Source: Lentisphaeria bacterium (GTDB lineage Bacteria > Verrucomicrobiota > Lentisphaeria > JABSQK01 > JAWLHB01). From it: 64,000 nt of DNA. A model generated the notes under the pieces. The model was not told the DNA's origin, did no database searches, and was given only the letters and a program-made list of their open reading frames with translations. Shown here in pieces: positions 28,431 to 36,643 of the stretch. Within the stretch, counting starts at the first letter, position 1. Each line of letters opens with the position of its first letter. The DNA lies in the NCBI GenBank assembly GCA_041690595.1, contig JAWLHB010000035.1:1-64000 (forward strand). The letters are read 5' to 3'. A program made the translations under genes and the position numbers.

Positions 28431-29753
28431 TCATGGCTCTTCGTCTGCCCGCCACTGGGGATACTCCGGCAGTTCAAGCGTGTCGGAGGAAACTTGGATC
28501 CCGTTCGCATCCGTCACCATCGCATAAGCCACTATCTGCTCCCCTTCCGCGGGAGCCGGTAGGACGGCACGCCAGGCGCCGTCGGTTTCGGACGCCTCGA
28601 TTTCCCGCCAGGGTTCGATGGATCCGATGGGCGTGCGGATTTGACGCTTGAACTTGAAGTCGGCCAACGGCATGCGCTTGACCCAGAACGAAACGTCAGC
28701 GATAGGCACGGAACCCGAGACCTGCGCCGAAAGCTCCACCGTGGCGCCGTTCATGGCGACGGTGGGCGGCTGCACCGTCGGCCAGGCCGGGGCGAGCCCG
28801 AAGACGGATTGGAAATGGCTCAAGGGGATTTTCCAATTGCCCACCTGGCTGTGATTGTCGTTCGGCAGCATCAGGAGTTGCTTAGGATTCGTCATGGCCC
28901 GGTATGTTTGCAGCACCATGGGCATCCAGAAGAAATGGTCATCGGTTCCCGACAGCATGAGCACGTTCGCCTTCACCTGGTTCAGACGATGCTTCGAATC
29001 GAAGATGGCGGTCCAGGCTTCCTGTTCCTCCCGGGGGCACAGCGTCATGCCAATCACATAGCCGCCCATGCGATAGGCGGGCATGGTCAGAAACCCGCAG
29101 CCATACTTGACGGCCGCCGCCTTGAAGGCGGGCTCGTGGCCGAGCGACACCAAGGTCAGAAACGCCCCGGCCGAAGCGCCCGCGATGCAGAGCCGGTCAG
29201 CATCCACCTCCGGCCGGCTTTGCAGAAACTGAACCGACCGGCGGACGAACAGGACGCCATTGCGCATTGCGCTTGTTTCGGGATTGCTGGTATACTTGCG
29301 TTTGATTGGCACGCCGTTCGCGTCCTTCACTTGAACCTGCATGTTGCCGGGACTGTCGAATTCAGAATACGGCGGCTCGCGCGTGGGGGTCGGGCCGCAC
29401 CAATCGATGGCCAGGCAGCAGAACCCGTTGCCGGCATACGCAATGGCGGTGGCCGGCGAGAGCTTGTTCAGTCCGGCCCCGTGCAAATCCAGCACAGCCG
29501 GGTACCGTCCCTCCTTCTCCGGCCGCGCGTAGAAGCCGTGAATCCTGGTGGCTTTCCCGTTGAACGGCGCCCCATCCATAAAAAATTCGAGGACCCTGAC
29601 CCCGTCCGTCACTGTCGCGGAGAGCACATCCACGTTCAGCGGCAGCGTCTTGACATCAGGGACATCGAAAAAACCGTCGGGTGCGGCGCTGAGGCTTCCC
29701 GCCAGGCAAACGAGGGTGGCGGCCAGGAGGCCGAATGCAATCTTCTTGTTCAT
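28431..29753 (-). CDS. Secreted alpha/beta hydrolase (acetylxylan esterase / dienelactone hydrolase-like)
   Basis: Signal peptide ending SLSA, PAVLDLHG, nucleophile elbow GASAG, GTDD, NDNH triad pattern. Confidence 0.8.
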   Translation of the reverse strand: MNKKIAFGLLAATLVCLAGSLSAAPDGFFDVPDVKTLPLNVDVLSATVTDGVRVLEFFMDGAPFNGKATRIHGFYARPEKEGRYPAVLDLHGAGLNKLSPATAIAYAGNGFCCLAIDWCGPTPTREPPYSEFDSPGNMQVQVKDANGVPIKRKYTSNPETSAMRNGVLFVRRSVQFLQSRPEVDADRLCIAGASAGAFLTLVSLGHEPAFKAAAVKYGCGFLTMPAYRMGGYVIGMTLCPREEQEAWTAIFDSKHRLNQVKANVLMLSGTDDHFFWMPMVLQTYRAMTNPKQLLMLPNDNHSQVGNWKIPLSHFQSVFGLAPAWPTVQPPTVAMNGATVELSAQVSGSVPIADVSFWVKRMPLADFKFKRQIRTPIGSIEPWREIEASETDGAWRAVLPAPAEGEQIVAYAMVTDANGIQVSSDTLELPEYPQWRADEEP

Positions 29754-29785
29754 GGTTCTACTCCCCATCTTCGTGTTTCTGCTGT

Positions 29786-30025
29786 TTAGTCTGCTATCCA
29801 TTCATGCGAACCACGTTGCTGACGGGATTCTATAAGCCTTTTCCCCTGAAAAGCAACATAGGTACCATCAATGATGATCGCGGCTATCGGCATATTCTGC
29901 CGAAGCCGGACAAGAGCGATTCTCGCATCGCTGCTGATGTTCAACAGGGTGTTCTCAGCGGATTGTTCGACATCCGGCCGATTGAACGCCAGCAACACCA
30001 CGACGTTTGTCAGGCCAGGACAATC
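29786..30025 (-). pseudogene. Possible 3' remnant of a heparinase II/III-like gene
   Basis: SDARIALVRLRQNMPIAAIIIDGTYVAFQG resembles TDARYALIRRDANGKLAQVEICRGSFLRG in 15020-18466. In-frame TAA just upstream; lower GC. Confidence 0.35.
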
Positions 30026-30184
30026 TTACGGCTGAAAAACCACTGGGCGAACGGGCTCGCGTCATGGCCGGCACGGGCATTCCCTTCTTCCTGGGATAGA
30101 GCATGACGGCTTAGATGGTTGCCTGTCGCCCCCCCAACTATCCTTCCCACCTGCTCTCGCCATTTCGGACATCATCCGAGTGCG

Positions 30185-31429
30185 TTACCTGGGGGGCGCT
30201 TGCAGGCGGTCGGCGACGAAGCGGCGGCCGGTGATGACGTACTTACCATCCTCCAGCTTATCGTCGGTGATCTGGCAGTCGCGCAGGCGGTAGCCGGCGT
30301 TGCCGGTGACGGTGATGCCGGTATCGGGATTGGAGAAGCAGCGGAAGCGCGTGTTTTCGAATGTGAGGAAGGTGGGGACATCGTTGTCGCTGCCGGTCAG
30401 CTCGGCGATGGCGCCACAGACCATGGAGGAACTGACCTGGACGTTGGCACCTGGGCCAAGGACGAAAAGCGGGGTATGCGGATCACCATCCGGCGGGAAG
30501 ACGCGCGAGGCGGTGCTCATGAAGCCCGTCATCTGAATGTTGATCTCGCCGGAAGCGCGCAGGGCGACGGTGCGTACTTTCGGGTTCCGGGAGTTCTGCT
30601 CGGGGCGTACCATGTCGAGCACAAAGACACCGGAGTTAATCCCGGTATTCCGGAGGTTGAAGACGGTGTCCGTGTGGTGGGTGTTGACCAGCGAAGTGGA
30701 GAGAAAGCCTCCGCCGTCGAAGTCGAAGGCGGTACCCACATAGCCAAAGTCCGTGCGGATGAAGGAGAAGCAGAGATTCTGGGTGGCGCGTGACTTGACG
30801 CCGGTCTCGAGGTGGGCAAAGACGAGACCGATGAAGGTGCCCAGATCGCCATTGTACTTGGAGTCGTCTCCAAGCAGGATACCCGTATCGGCATTGAGCA
30901 GCCTGACAAGCTCGAAGTGGAAGCCGGTCCCGGCGCGCTGCCCGTACTGCTTGACCCAACGTGGATGCTCGGCATTGGCATCATCGGCGGAATTGAGGCG
31001 GATCAAGGCGGCAGCCTTGTCGCCGCCATGGAGCGTGAGGTTGCGCAACTGGAGGTTCTTGTGCGCACGGCAATCGATCAGGATACCGCCTTCCGCACCG
31101 TCCCACTGGAGCGTGGTGGACATGCGGCTGCCAAAGGCACCGCCGATGCCGCCGCTGCCATGGATAATAAGGTTGTCCGCTTCCGGCAGGAGCAGGAGCG
31201 TCTCGGTAATGCGGTAGATGCCGGGCGGCAGGGCGATCTGGCGATGCGGCGACGACTGCTCCGGAGTGAGCGTCGTGGCGGCGGCGATGGTTCGCCGAAT
31301 GGCGCCCGTGTCGTCGGCTATGCCATCACCAATGGCGCCGAAGTCTTTGGGATTGAGCCAGAATGGGTCGGCGGCGCTGGTCCCGATGGCGAGCAGGACG
31401 GTGAACAGCAGGATGGCGCGATGAATCAT
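30185..31429 (-). CDS. Secreted right-handed beta-helix protein (pectate lyase superfamily / GH28-related)
   Basis: Signal peptide ending TSAA, NPKDFGAIGDGIADDT, LPPGIYRITETL, LRNLTLHG. GAGGAG RBS. Confidence 0.8.
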   Translation of the reverse strand: MIHRAILLFTVLLAIGTSAADPFWLNPKDFGAIGDGIADDTGAIRRTIAAATTLTPEQSSPHRQIALPPGIYRITETLLLLPEADNLIIHGSGGIGGAFGSRMSTTLQWDGAEGGILIDCRAHKNLQLRNLTLHGGDKAAALIRLNSADDANAEHPRWVKQYGQRAGTGFHFELVRLLNADTGILLGDDSKYNGDLGTFIGLVFAHLETGVKSRATQNLCFSFIRTDFGYVGTAFDFDGGGFLSTSLVNTHHTDTVFNLRNTGINSGVFVLDMVRPEQNSRNPKVRTVALRASGEINIQMTGFMSTASRVFPPDGDPHTPLFVLGPGANVQVSSSMVCGAIAELTGSDNDVPTFLTFENTRFRCFSNPDTGITVTGNAGYRLRDCQITDDKLEDGKYVITGRRFVADRLQAPPR

Positions 31430-31445
31430 GACTTCTCCTCTTGGT

Positions 31446-32186
31446 TTAGTAGCGAACGGCCCAACGTTTCTTGTTGGTGGTGCTGAACTGGTACGTCCAG
31501 CCGGCAACGGTTTCACGCCGCTCTCCCGAGACATGACTGTCCGCGAAGAGCAGGTTGATCCGACCTTGATGTTGCGGATAAAAGGAAGAGCCCTGCATCG
31601 GCCAGACGGCAGGATAGACGAGCCGCTGAAGGTTCGGATTGTGCGGGTTATAGGCGGCGGGATAATTGCCGGTACAGTCCCCCGCATAGACCAGAATGTC
31701 GGCGCGCTGGACGTCCGACTGACGCTGGTGAGCATAAGCAAATCCATCGTTGTTCGGATAGCTGTAGACGTTAATGCCGATGGTCTGAACCGCGGTCAGG
31801 CTTGACTGAAAATTCGCATCGTTGGGGTCGGTCCGCTCTTTGAGGATGGCGATGTTCTGCCCGAGCCCGTTCTCCGGCGCCGAGGGGCACACCCAATAGA
31901 GTCCACTGCCGATATGGGGTATGAGCACCGAAACCCAGCGCTGCGCCATGCCGGTATTGGCCGAACTCTGCACCCAGCCTGGAATCCGGCCATCCTGTTC
32001 GTCCGAATAGAGTGCGACTGACATGCCGATCTGCTTGAGATTGTTGGAGCAGATTGCCTGCTTGCTGCGCGCTCGGGCCTTGCCAAGCGCGGGAAGCAAC
32101 ATGCTGGCCAGAATGGCTATTATCGCGACGACGACCAGCAGCTCGATCAGCGTGAATCGATGAAGGCGTCCGTGACAGCTTTTCAT
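31446..32186 (-). CDS. Prepilin-type N-terminal cleavage/methylation + H-X9-DG-like domain protein (DS variant)
   Basis: [59 protein letters not shown] overlap with the regulator stop. Confidence 0.92.
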   Translation of the reverse strand: MKSCHGRLHRFTLIELLVVVAIIAILASMLLPALGKARARSKQAICSNNLKQIGMSVALYSDEQDGRIPGWVQSSANTGMAQRWVSVLIPHIGSGLYWVCPSAPENGLGQNIAILKERTDPNDANFQSSLTAVQTIGINVYSYPNNDGFAYAHQRQSDVQRADILVYAGDCTGNYPAAYNPHNPNLQRLVYPAVWPMQGSSFYPQHQGRINLLFADSHVSGERRETVAGWTYQFSTTNKKRWAVRY

Positions 32187-33244
32187 GGGGTTCCCTCTTC
32201 TGGTGGTATGCATGTGAAAGCGATTTGTGTGACAACAGGTTCATGATTGGCCATGCCAAAGCATCTATCGACAATATCCAGAGCGCTGCTCAGCAGGTCC
32301 GCGGTTTCGTAACGAAGCTGAATCACACTGGCGAACGCATCAGCAAGCTGTCCCGTCCCCGTGGCGATGGCGAGCTTCATCTCCGCGGCGTCTTTGCCCA
32401 TGCCCTGCCTTCCCAGCAGGACGCCCAGTCCGACCAGATCGTCGGGTATCAGCAACCCCTCCGGCAGCTCCCCTCCCGCCAACTCCCTGATGATCCGACG
32501 GCCACTCGATACCGCCCTTTGCGGCGCAAAACTCGCCCCCATCAATCGCCAGGTTACTCCATCCCCCGGACTCTCTTCAACCAGGGCGGCGCCATCCTCG
32601 TCATGTGGCGGCACCAGCACCAGGATGCGGCCACAGCCGGCCGCCTGCAACTGCTGTACCCCCAGCAGGTACATCTGTCGCCGGTCCAGTTTCACGCGAT
32701 TGACCTCGCTGGGACCGTTGATGCTGACCACGGGCAATGACCACCTTTGCAGCCACTCCACCAGTCCGATCATGCAGGACGGATGATTCACCAGCAGACC
32801 CTTTACGCGCCGGTCGAGCAGCATTTGCCGCAAGTTGTCGGGCACCATCCGCTCGGCCTCCGCCACCGTATCGATGCGACCGGTCGGCAGGTGAAAGATT
32901 TCCGCGCGGCCGTTGCGACCGTGCGCCTGTTCCAGAAACTCCCCGCTCAGATGCGCGTCGGTGATCGTGGGGATGCGACTTGCGTGCTGGGTGATCAACA
33001 CGTAGCAGGGAGCCTCCTGCCGCGCGATCACCTCGGTTCCCGTCGCCCGTGAGATGGCTACAAGCCCCTCGCGGGCAAGGGAGCGGTAGGCTTTGAGCAC
33101 GGTGACATGGCTCACTCCCGGGACGCGATCGCTGGGCGGCAACTTGCTGCCGTGCGGGCATTGGCCACTCGCGATTCGACGGCGAAAGTGCTCCGCCACC
33201 TGCTCGGCCAACGGCCCGGCTCCCGCTTTGATCGGTACATCCAT
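32183..33244 (-). CDS. GntR-family regulator with LacI-type sugar-binding domain
   Basis: QVAEHFRRRIASG...GSKLP...VSHVTVLKAYRSLAREGLV...GTEV, followed by a periplasmic-binding-like domain (GCGRIL, PEGLLIPDD). Confidence 0.82.
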   Translation of the reverse strand: MDVPIKAGAGPLAEQVAEHFRRRIASGQCPHGSKLPPSDRVPGVSHVTVLKAYRSLAREGLVAISRATGTEVIARQEAPCYVLITQHASRIPTITDAHLSGEFLEQAHGRNGRAEIFHLPTGRIDTVAEAERMVPDNLRQMLLDRRVKGLLVNHPSCMIGLVEWLQRWSLPVVSINGPSEVNRVKLDRRQMYLLGVQQLQAAGCGRILVLVPPHDEDGAALVEESPGDGVTWRLMGASFAPQRAVSSGRRIIRELAGGELPEGLLIPDDLVGLGVLLGRQGMGKDAAEMKLAIATGTGQLADAFASVIQLRYETADLLSSALDIVDRCFGMANHEPVVTQIAFTCIPPEEGTP

Positions 33245-33361
33245 CGCATGCTCCCTGTGCTTTAGGTTAGTTTAGTTTATGAATTCGGTGCGGTCAAATC
33301 CTTCTCAGAGATTTTATCTCTCAATTCCGGGAAGGCAGGCAGATGCACCCGGCAATGCACC

Positions 33362-34783
33362 TCAAGGGGTGGTGGGGCGCTCGGATTCCGGGATGGTCAC
33401 GATGGTGACGGATGGGTGGCCGAACGAGTCGACGACAGGCTTGTTGGTGAAAGCACCGTTCTGGACAATCAGCAGGAAGGAACCGTCGGCGGAGATCTCC
33501 ATGCCGTAGACGTGGCTGCCGCACCAGTAGCCGTACTTTTCGAAGAGCAGATCCTGAAACCAGCAGATGACCTTCCGGCGGCCGGTACGGGTGTCGTACT
33601 GCACGATGGGGGAGCGCCGCTTTTCCTTGCCGGCGCCCGGCTGGTAGTAGACGTAGCGGCCGGTGGGATCGATGGCGAGCTGCTTGGTGTCGCGGCCGCG
33701 GTCCCAGTCGACGCCCAGGCTCTCGATGCGGGGGCCTTCGGCGCTCGCCTGGAAGCGGAAGAAGGCGCCATTGCGGGTGGTCCAGTAGTACCAGCCTTCG
33801 GCATCGGGGCGGGAAGTGTGGCCGCGCAACTGGGATTGCTCGCCGGTATGGGGATTGAGGGGAACGGTGATTTCGGTTCGGGTGAAGCGGTTGAGTTCGG
33901 GGTCGAAGCTCATCAGCCGGAAGGGCTTTTCGCTTTCGTCCATTCCCCAGAAGATGCCGGTCTCGACATCGCAGAGCATGGAACGCTGCCACCAGATCCA
34001 GCCGTTGGGGGGATAGCCGGCGAAGCGGACCTGCTTCCGATCGATGTCCCAGGTGAGGATGGTATGGGCTTCGCCGGTTCCGACAAGGCGACCGCGGCGG
34101 GTGTCGACGGTGAAACAGGGAAGGCTGTTTCCGACGAGCGGCACGCCCCAGTTGGCAGCTTCACCGGTGTGGGTATTGTAGCTGAAGAGCCAGCTGCCGC
34201 GGTAGCCGGCGGCATACCAGTCATCGGTGGGCTTGACGCCGAAATGGGTGGCGCCCCAGAGTGTGCCGTCAGCCATGATACCCATGTGGCCGTGGACTTT
34301 GCCGTCGGTGTACATCTCGTCGTTCCAGCCGAGTACCTGATCGAGATCGAGGATCTTGCGAACGCCATCATCGCCGGGACGATACTCGTAAAGGTTGATG
34401 TGGCAACCTTTGCCGAGATGATCGCTGGCGGCGAAGAAGAAGCGGCCATCAGGCCCGCGTGTAACCTCTGCCCAATTTGCCCAGCAGGCCATGTACTGAT
34501 CGGCGCCGGAGAAGAACTCGGGCACCAGATCGGGCAGAATCTGCAGGCTGACGGTCGGGGGCGTCGTCGCGATGTCAAAGCTCTCGAGGATGACCTCATC
34601 GGGAGGCCGCAGCAGCTCGGGCCCGCTCTCGACGATGAGGGTGTCGCGGCCGCGGATGCGGGCAGTATCGGAGGCCTCCACCAACGCCTTGCGCTTCTGC
34701 TCTTTCGCGCTCAGCTCGGCGGCGGTGATCGTGACGGCCGGCAGCAGGAGCGCGAGCATCAGAAGAGAGAAGGCAGATTTCAT
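33362..34783 (-). CDS. Secreted hypothetical protein, probable beta-propeller
   Basis: Signal peptide MKSAFSLLMLALLLPAVTITA; repeated blade-like segments (GPDGRFFF, ADGTLWG, DPTGRYVYY, SADGSFLLI). Confidence 0.65.
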   Translation of the reverse strand: MKSAFSLLMLALLLPAVTITAAELSAKEQKRKALVEASDTARIRGRDTLIVESGPELLRPPDEVILESFDIATTPPTVSLQILPDLVPEFFSGADQYMACWANWAEVTRGPDGRFFFAASDHLGKGCHINLYEYRPGDDGVRKILDLDQVLGWNDEMYTDGKVHGHMGIMADGTLWGATHFGVKPTDDWYAAGYRGSWLFSYNTHTGEAANWGVPLVGNSLPCFTVDTRRGRLVGTGEAHTILTWDIDRKQVRFAGYPPNGWIWWQRSMLCDVETGIFWGMDESEKPFRLMSFDPELNRFTRTEITVPLNPHTGEQSQLRGHTSRPDAEGWYYWTTRNGAFFRFQASAEGPRIESLGVDWDRGRDTKQLAIDPTGRYVYYQPGAGKEKRRSPIVQYDTRTGRRKVICWFQDLLFEKYGYWCGSHVYGMEISADGSFLLIVQNGAFTNKPVVDSFGHPSVTIVTIPESERPTTP

Positions 34784-34791
34784 GAGGATGA

Positions 34792-35814
34792 TCAGTCGCT
34801 GAGGTGGATGAGGATCTTGGTGATGGGGCCGGGATTGTCGCTCCACTGGCGGAGCATGTCACCGGCCTGATCGGGAGGAACTTCGCGGGAGATGATGGCA
34901 TCGACGGGCACGCAGCCGCTTTCCAGCATGGTGATCACCTGGCGGAAGTCCGCCGGCGTGGCATTTCGTGAACCAAGGATGTCCAACTCTTTCTGGACGA
35001 AGTACTTCGATTCGTAGTCGACCGGCTTCCGGGCATAACCAATATAGACGACTCGCCCGGCGAAAGCGACCTCCTCGACGGCGGCGCGAAAGGTTTGCGG
35101 CAGGCCGATGGCCTCGATGATGACGTTCGGCCCGTCACCGCCGGTCAAGGCCTGGAGGCGTTCGTGAAAATCTTCGGTGGCGCTGTTGACGCTCTCCGCG
35201 GCTCCTGCCTGGCGGGCGATACCGAGCTTCGCATTGTCGATGTCGACGGCAATGACGCGAGCTTTCCGCCACGCCGCTCCGGCGATAGCGCCAAGGCCGA
35301 TGGCCCCGCAGCCCAGAACGCAGACCGTATCCTCGGCGGTGACGCGACCACGATCGACGGCATGGCAACCGACGGTGAGTGGCTCGACCAGGGCCAGCTC
35401 GCGCAGGCTGAGCCGGGGTGAGCTGAAAAGCTTCCGCCAGGGGACGACCAGGCGCTCCGTGAGGGCGCCGTCGCGCTGTACACCCAGCGTCTGATTGTCG
35501 CGGCAGCAGTTGTAGCGACCAGCGCGGCAGGCGGAACATGCGCCGCAACTGGTATACGGCGAGAGGGTGACAGCCATCCCCGGCTTCCACTCGGCCGGCA
35601 CGTCGAGCCCCACGGCTTCGATAACGCCGCTGATTTCATGGCCGGGGATGCGGGGATAGACGACCATGGGATTGAGACCACGGAAGGTGTTGAGATCCGA
35701 GCCGCAGTAGCCGACATAGGCCACCCGCAACATGACGGAGTCGGCCTGGAGGTTCGGTTCAGCGATCGTCGCCTGCTCGACAACGCCTGGAGAGAGGATG
35801 CGCATGGCCTTCAT
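34792..35814 (-). CDS. Zinc-binding alcohol dehydrogenase (sugar-acid dehydrogenase, YjjN/LgoD-like)
   Basis: [47 protein letters not shown]. Confidence 0.9.
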   Translation of the reverse strand: MKAMRILSPGVVEQATIAEPNLQADSVMLRVAYVGYCGSDLNTFRGLNPMVVYPRIPGHEISGVIEAVGLDVPAEWKPGMAVTLSPYTSCGACSACRAGRYNCCRDNQTLGVQRDGALTERLVVPWRKLFSSPRLSLRELALVEPLTVGCHAVDRGRVTAEDTVCVLGCGAIGLGAIAGAAWRKARVIAVDIDNAKLGIARQAGAAESVNSATEDFHERLQALTGGDGPNVIIEAIGLPQTFRAAVEEVAFAGRVVYIGYARKPVDYESKYFVQKELDILGSRNATPADFRQVITMLESGCVPVDAIISREVPPDQAGDMLRQWSDNPGPITKILIHLSD

Positions 35815-36020
35815 GATACGGAAAGCTCCACGTGAGGTAGTGATGATGCCCGGCGAGCTGCCCCACACAGTGGCGCCGGCTCCACCACTCGTCAAGCTCA
35901 AGCAACCTCACGGAAAGAGTTGGCAGGCAAGGGGGCTTCGGTTACATTAGCCACAGGGGAGCCTGCTCGATCATCCATTCAGCAGGCAGCGCAACCAATC
36001 AGCCAACGGGAGGTTATGAA

Positions 36021-36527
36021 ATGGCTCGCCACCAGAAGAGTATCGAGTTGTTGAACAAGGCTGTCGCGGACGAACTTGCGGCAGTCCACCAGTACATGTA
36101 TTTCCACTTTCACTGCGACGATCAGGGCTACGATCCGCTGGCCACCCTCTTCAAGCGGACCGCCATCGAGGAGATGCTCCATGTCGAGAAGCTTGCCGAA
36201 CGCATCCTTTTCCTGAAGGGCGATGTCGTCATGGTGACCGCCGAGCCCGTCAAGGCCATCACCGACGTCAAGGAAATGCTGGACTGCGCGAAGGGCATGG
36301 AAGATGAGAGCGCGCGCACCTACAACCAGTGGGCCAATGAGTGCGGCGCCAATGCCGATGCCATCAGCAAGCGCCTCTTCGAGGATCTGGTCGCCGATGA
36401 AGAGCGTCACTTCGACCAATACGAAGTGCAGGGCGACAACCTGGAGAAGTTCGGGGCGCAGTACCTGGCGCTGCAGTCGATGGAGCGCGGCAAGGCGATG
36501 GCTGCCGGCATGCCCCCAGCCGAATAG
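36021..36527 (+). CDS. bfr: Bacterioferritin
   Basis: DELAAVHQY, EEMLH (ferroxidase Glu/His and haem Met), ERILFL, DEERH. GGAGG RBS. Confidence 0.9.
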   Translation: MARHQKSIELLNKAVADELAAVHQYMYFHFHCDDQGYDPLATLFKRTAIEEMLHVEKLAERILFLKGDVVMVTAEPVKAITDVKEMLDCAKGMEDESARTYNQWANECGANADAISKRLFEDLVADEERHFDQYEVQGDNLEKFGAQYLALQSMERGKAMAAGMPPAE

Positions 36528-36643
36528 GCAGCCCGAGGCTCGCAGAGTGCGGGAGGTTATCTGGAAGTGTGGCAGTTCGGTGCTGGTACAGGTATAGTGA
36601 CGACCTGTACCCTTTCAACTTCCCCGCTTCCGGAGATCTCCCC

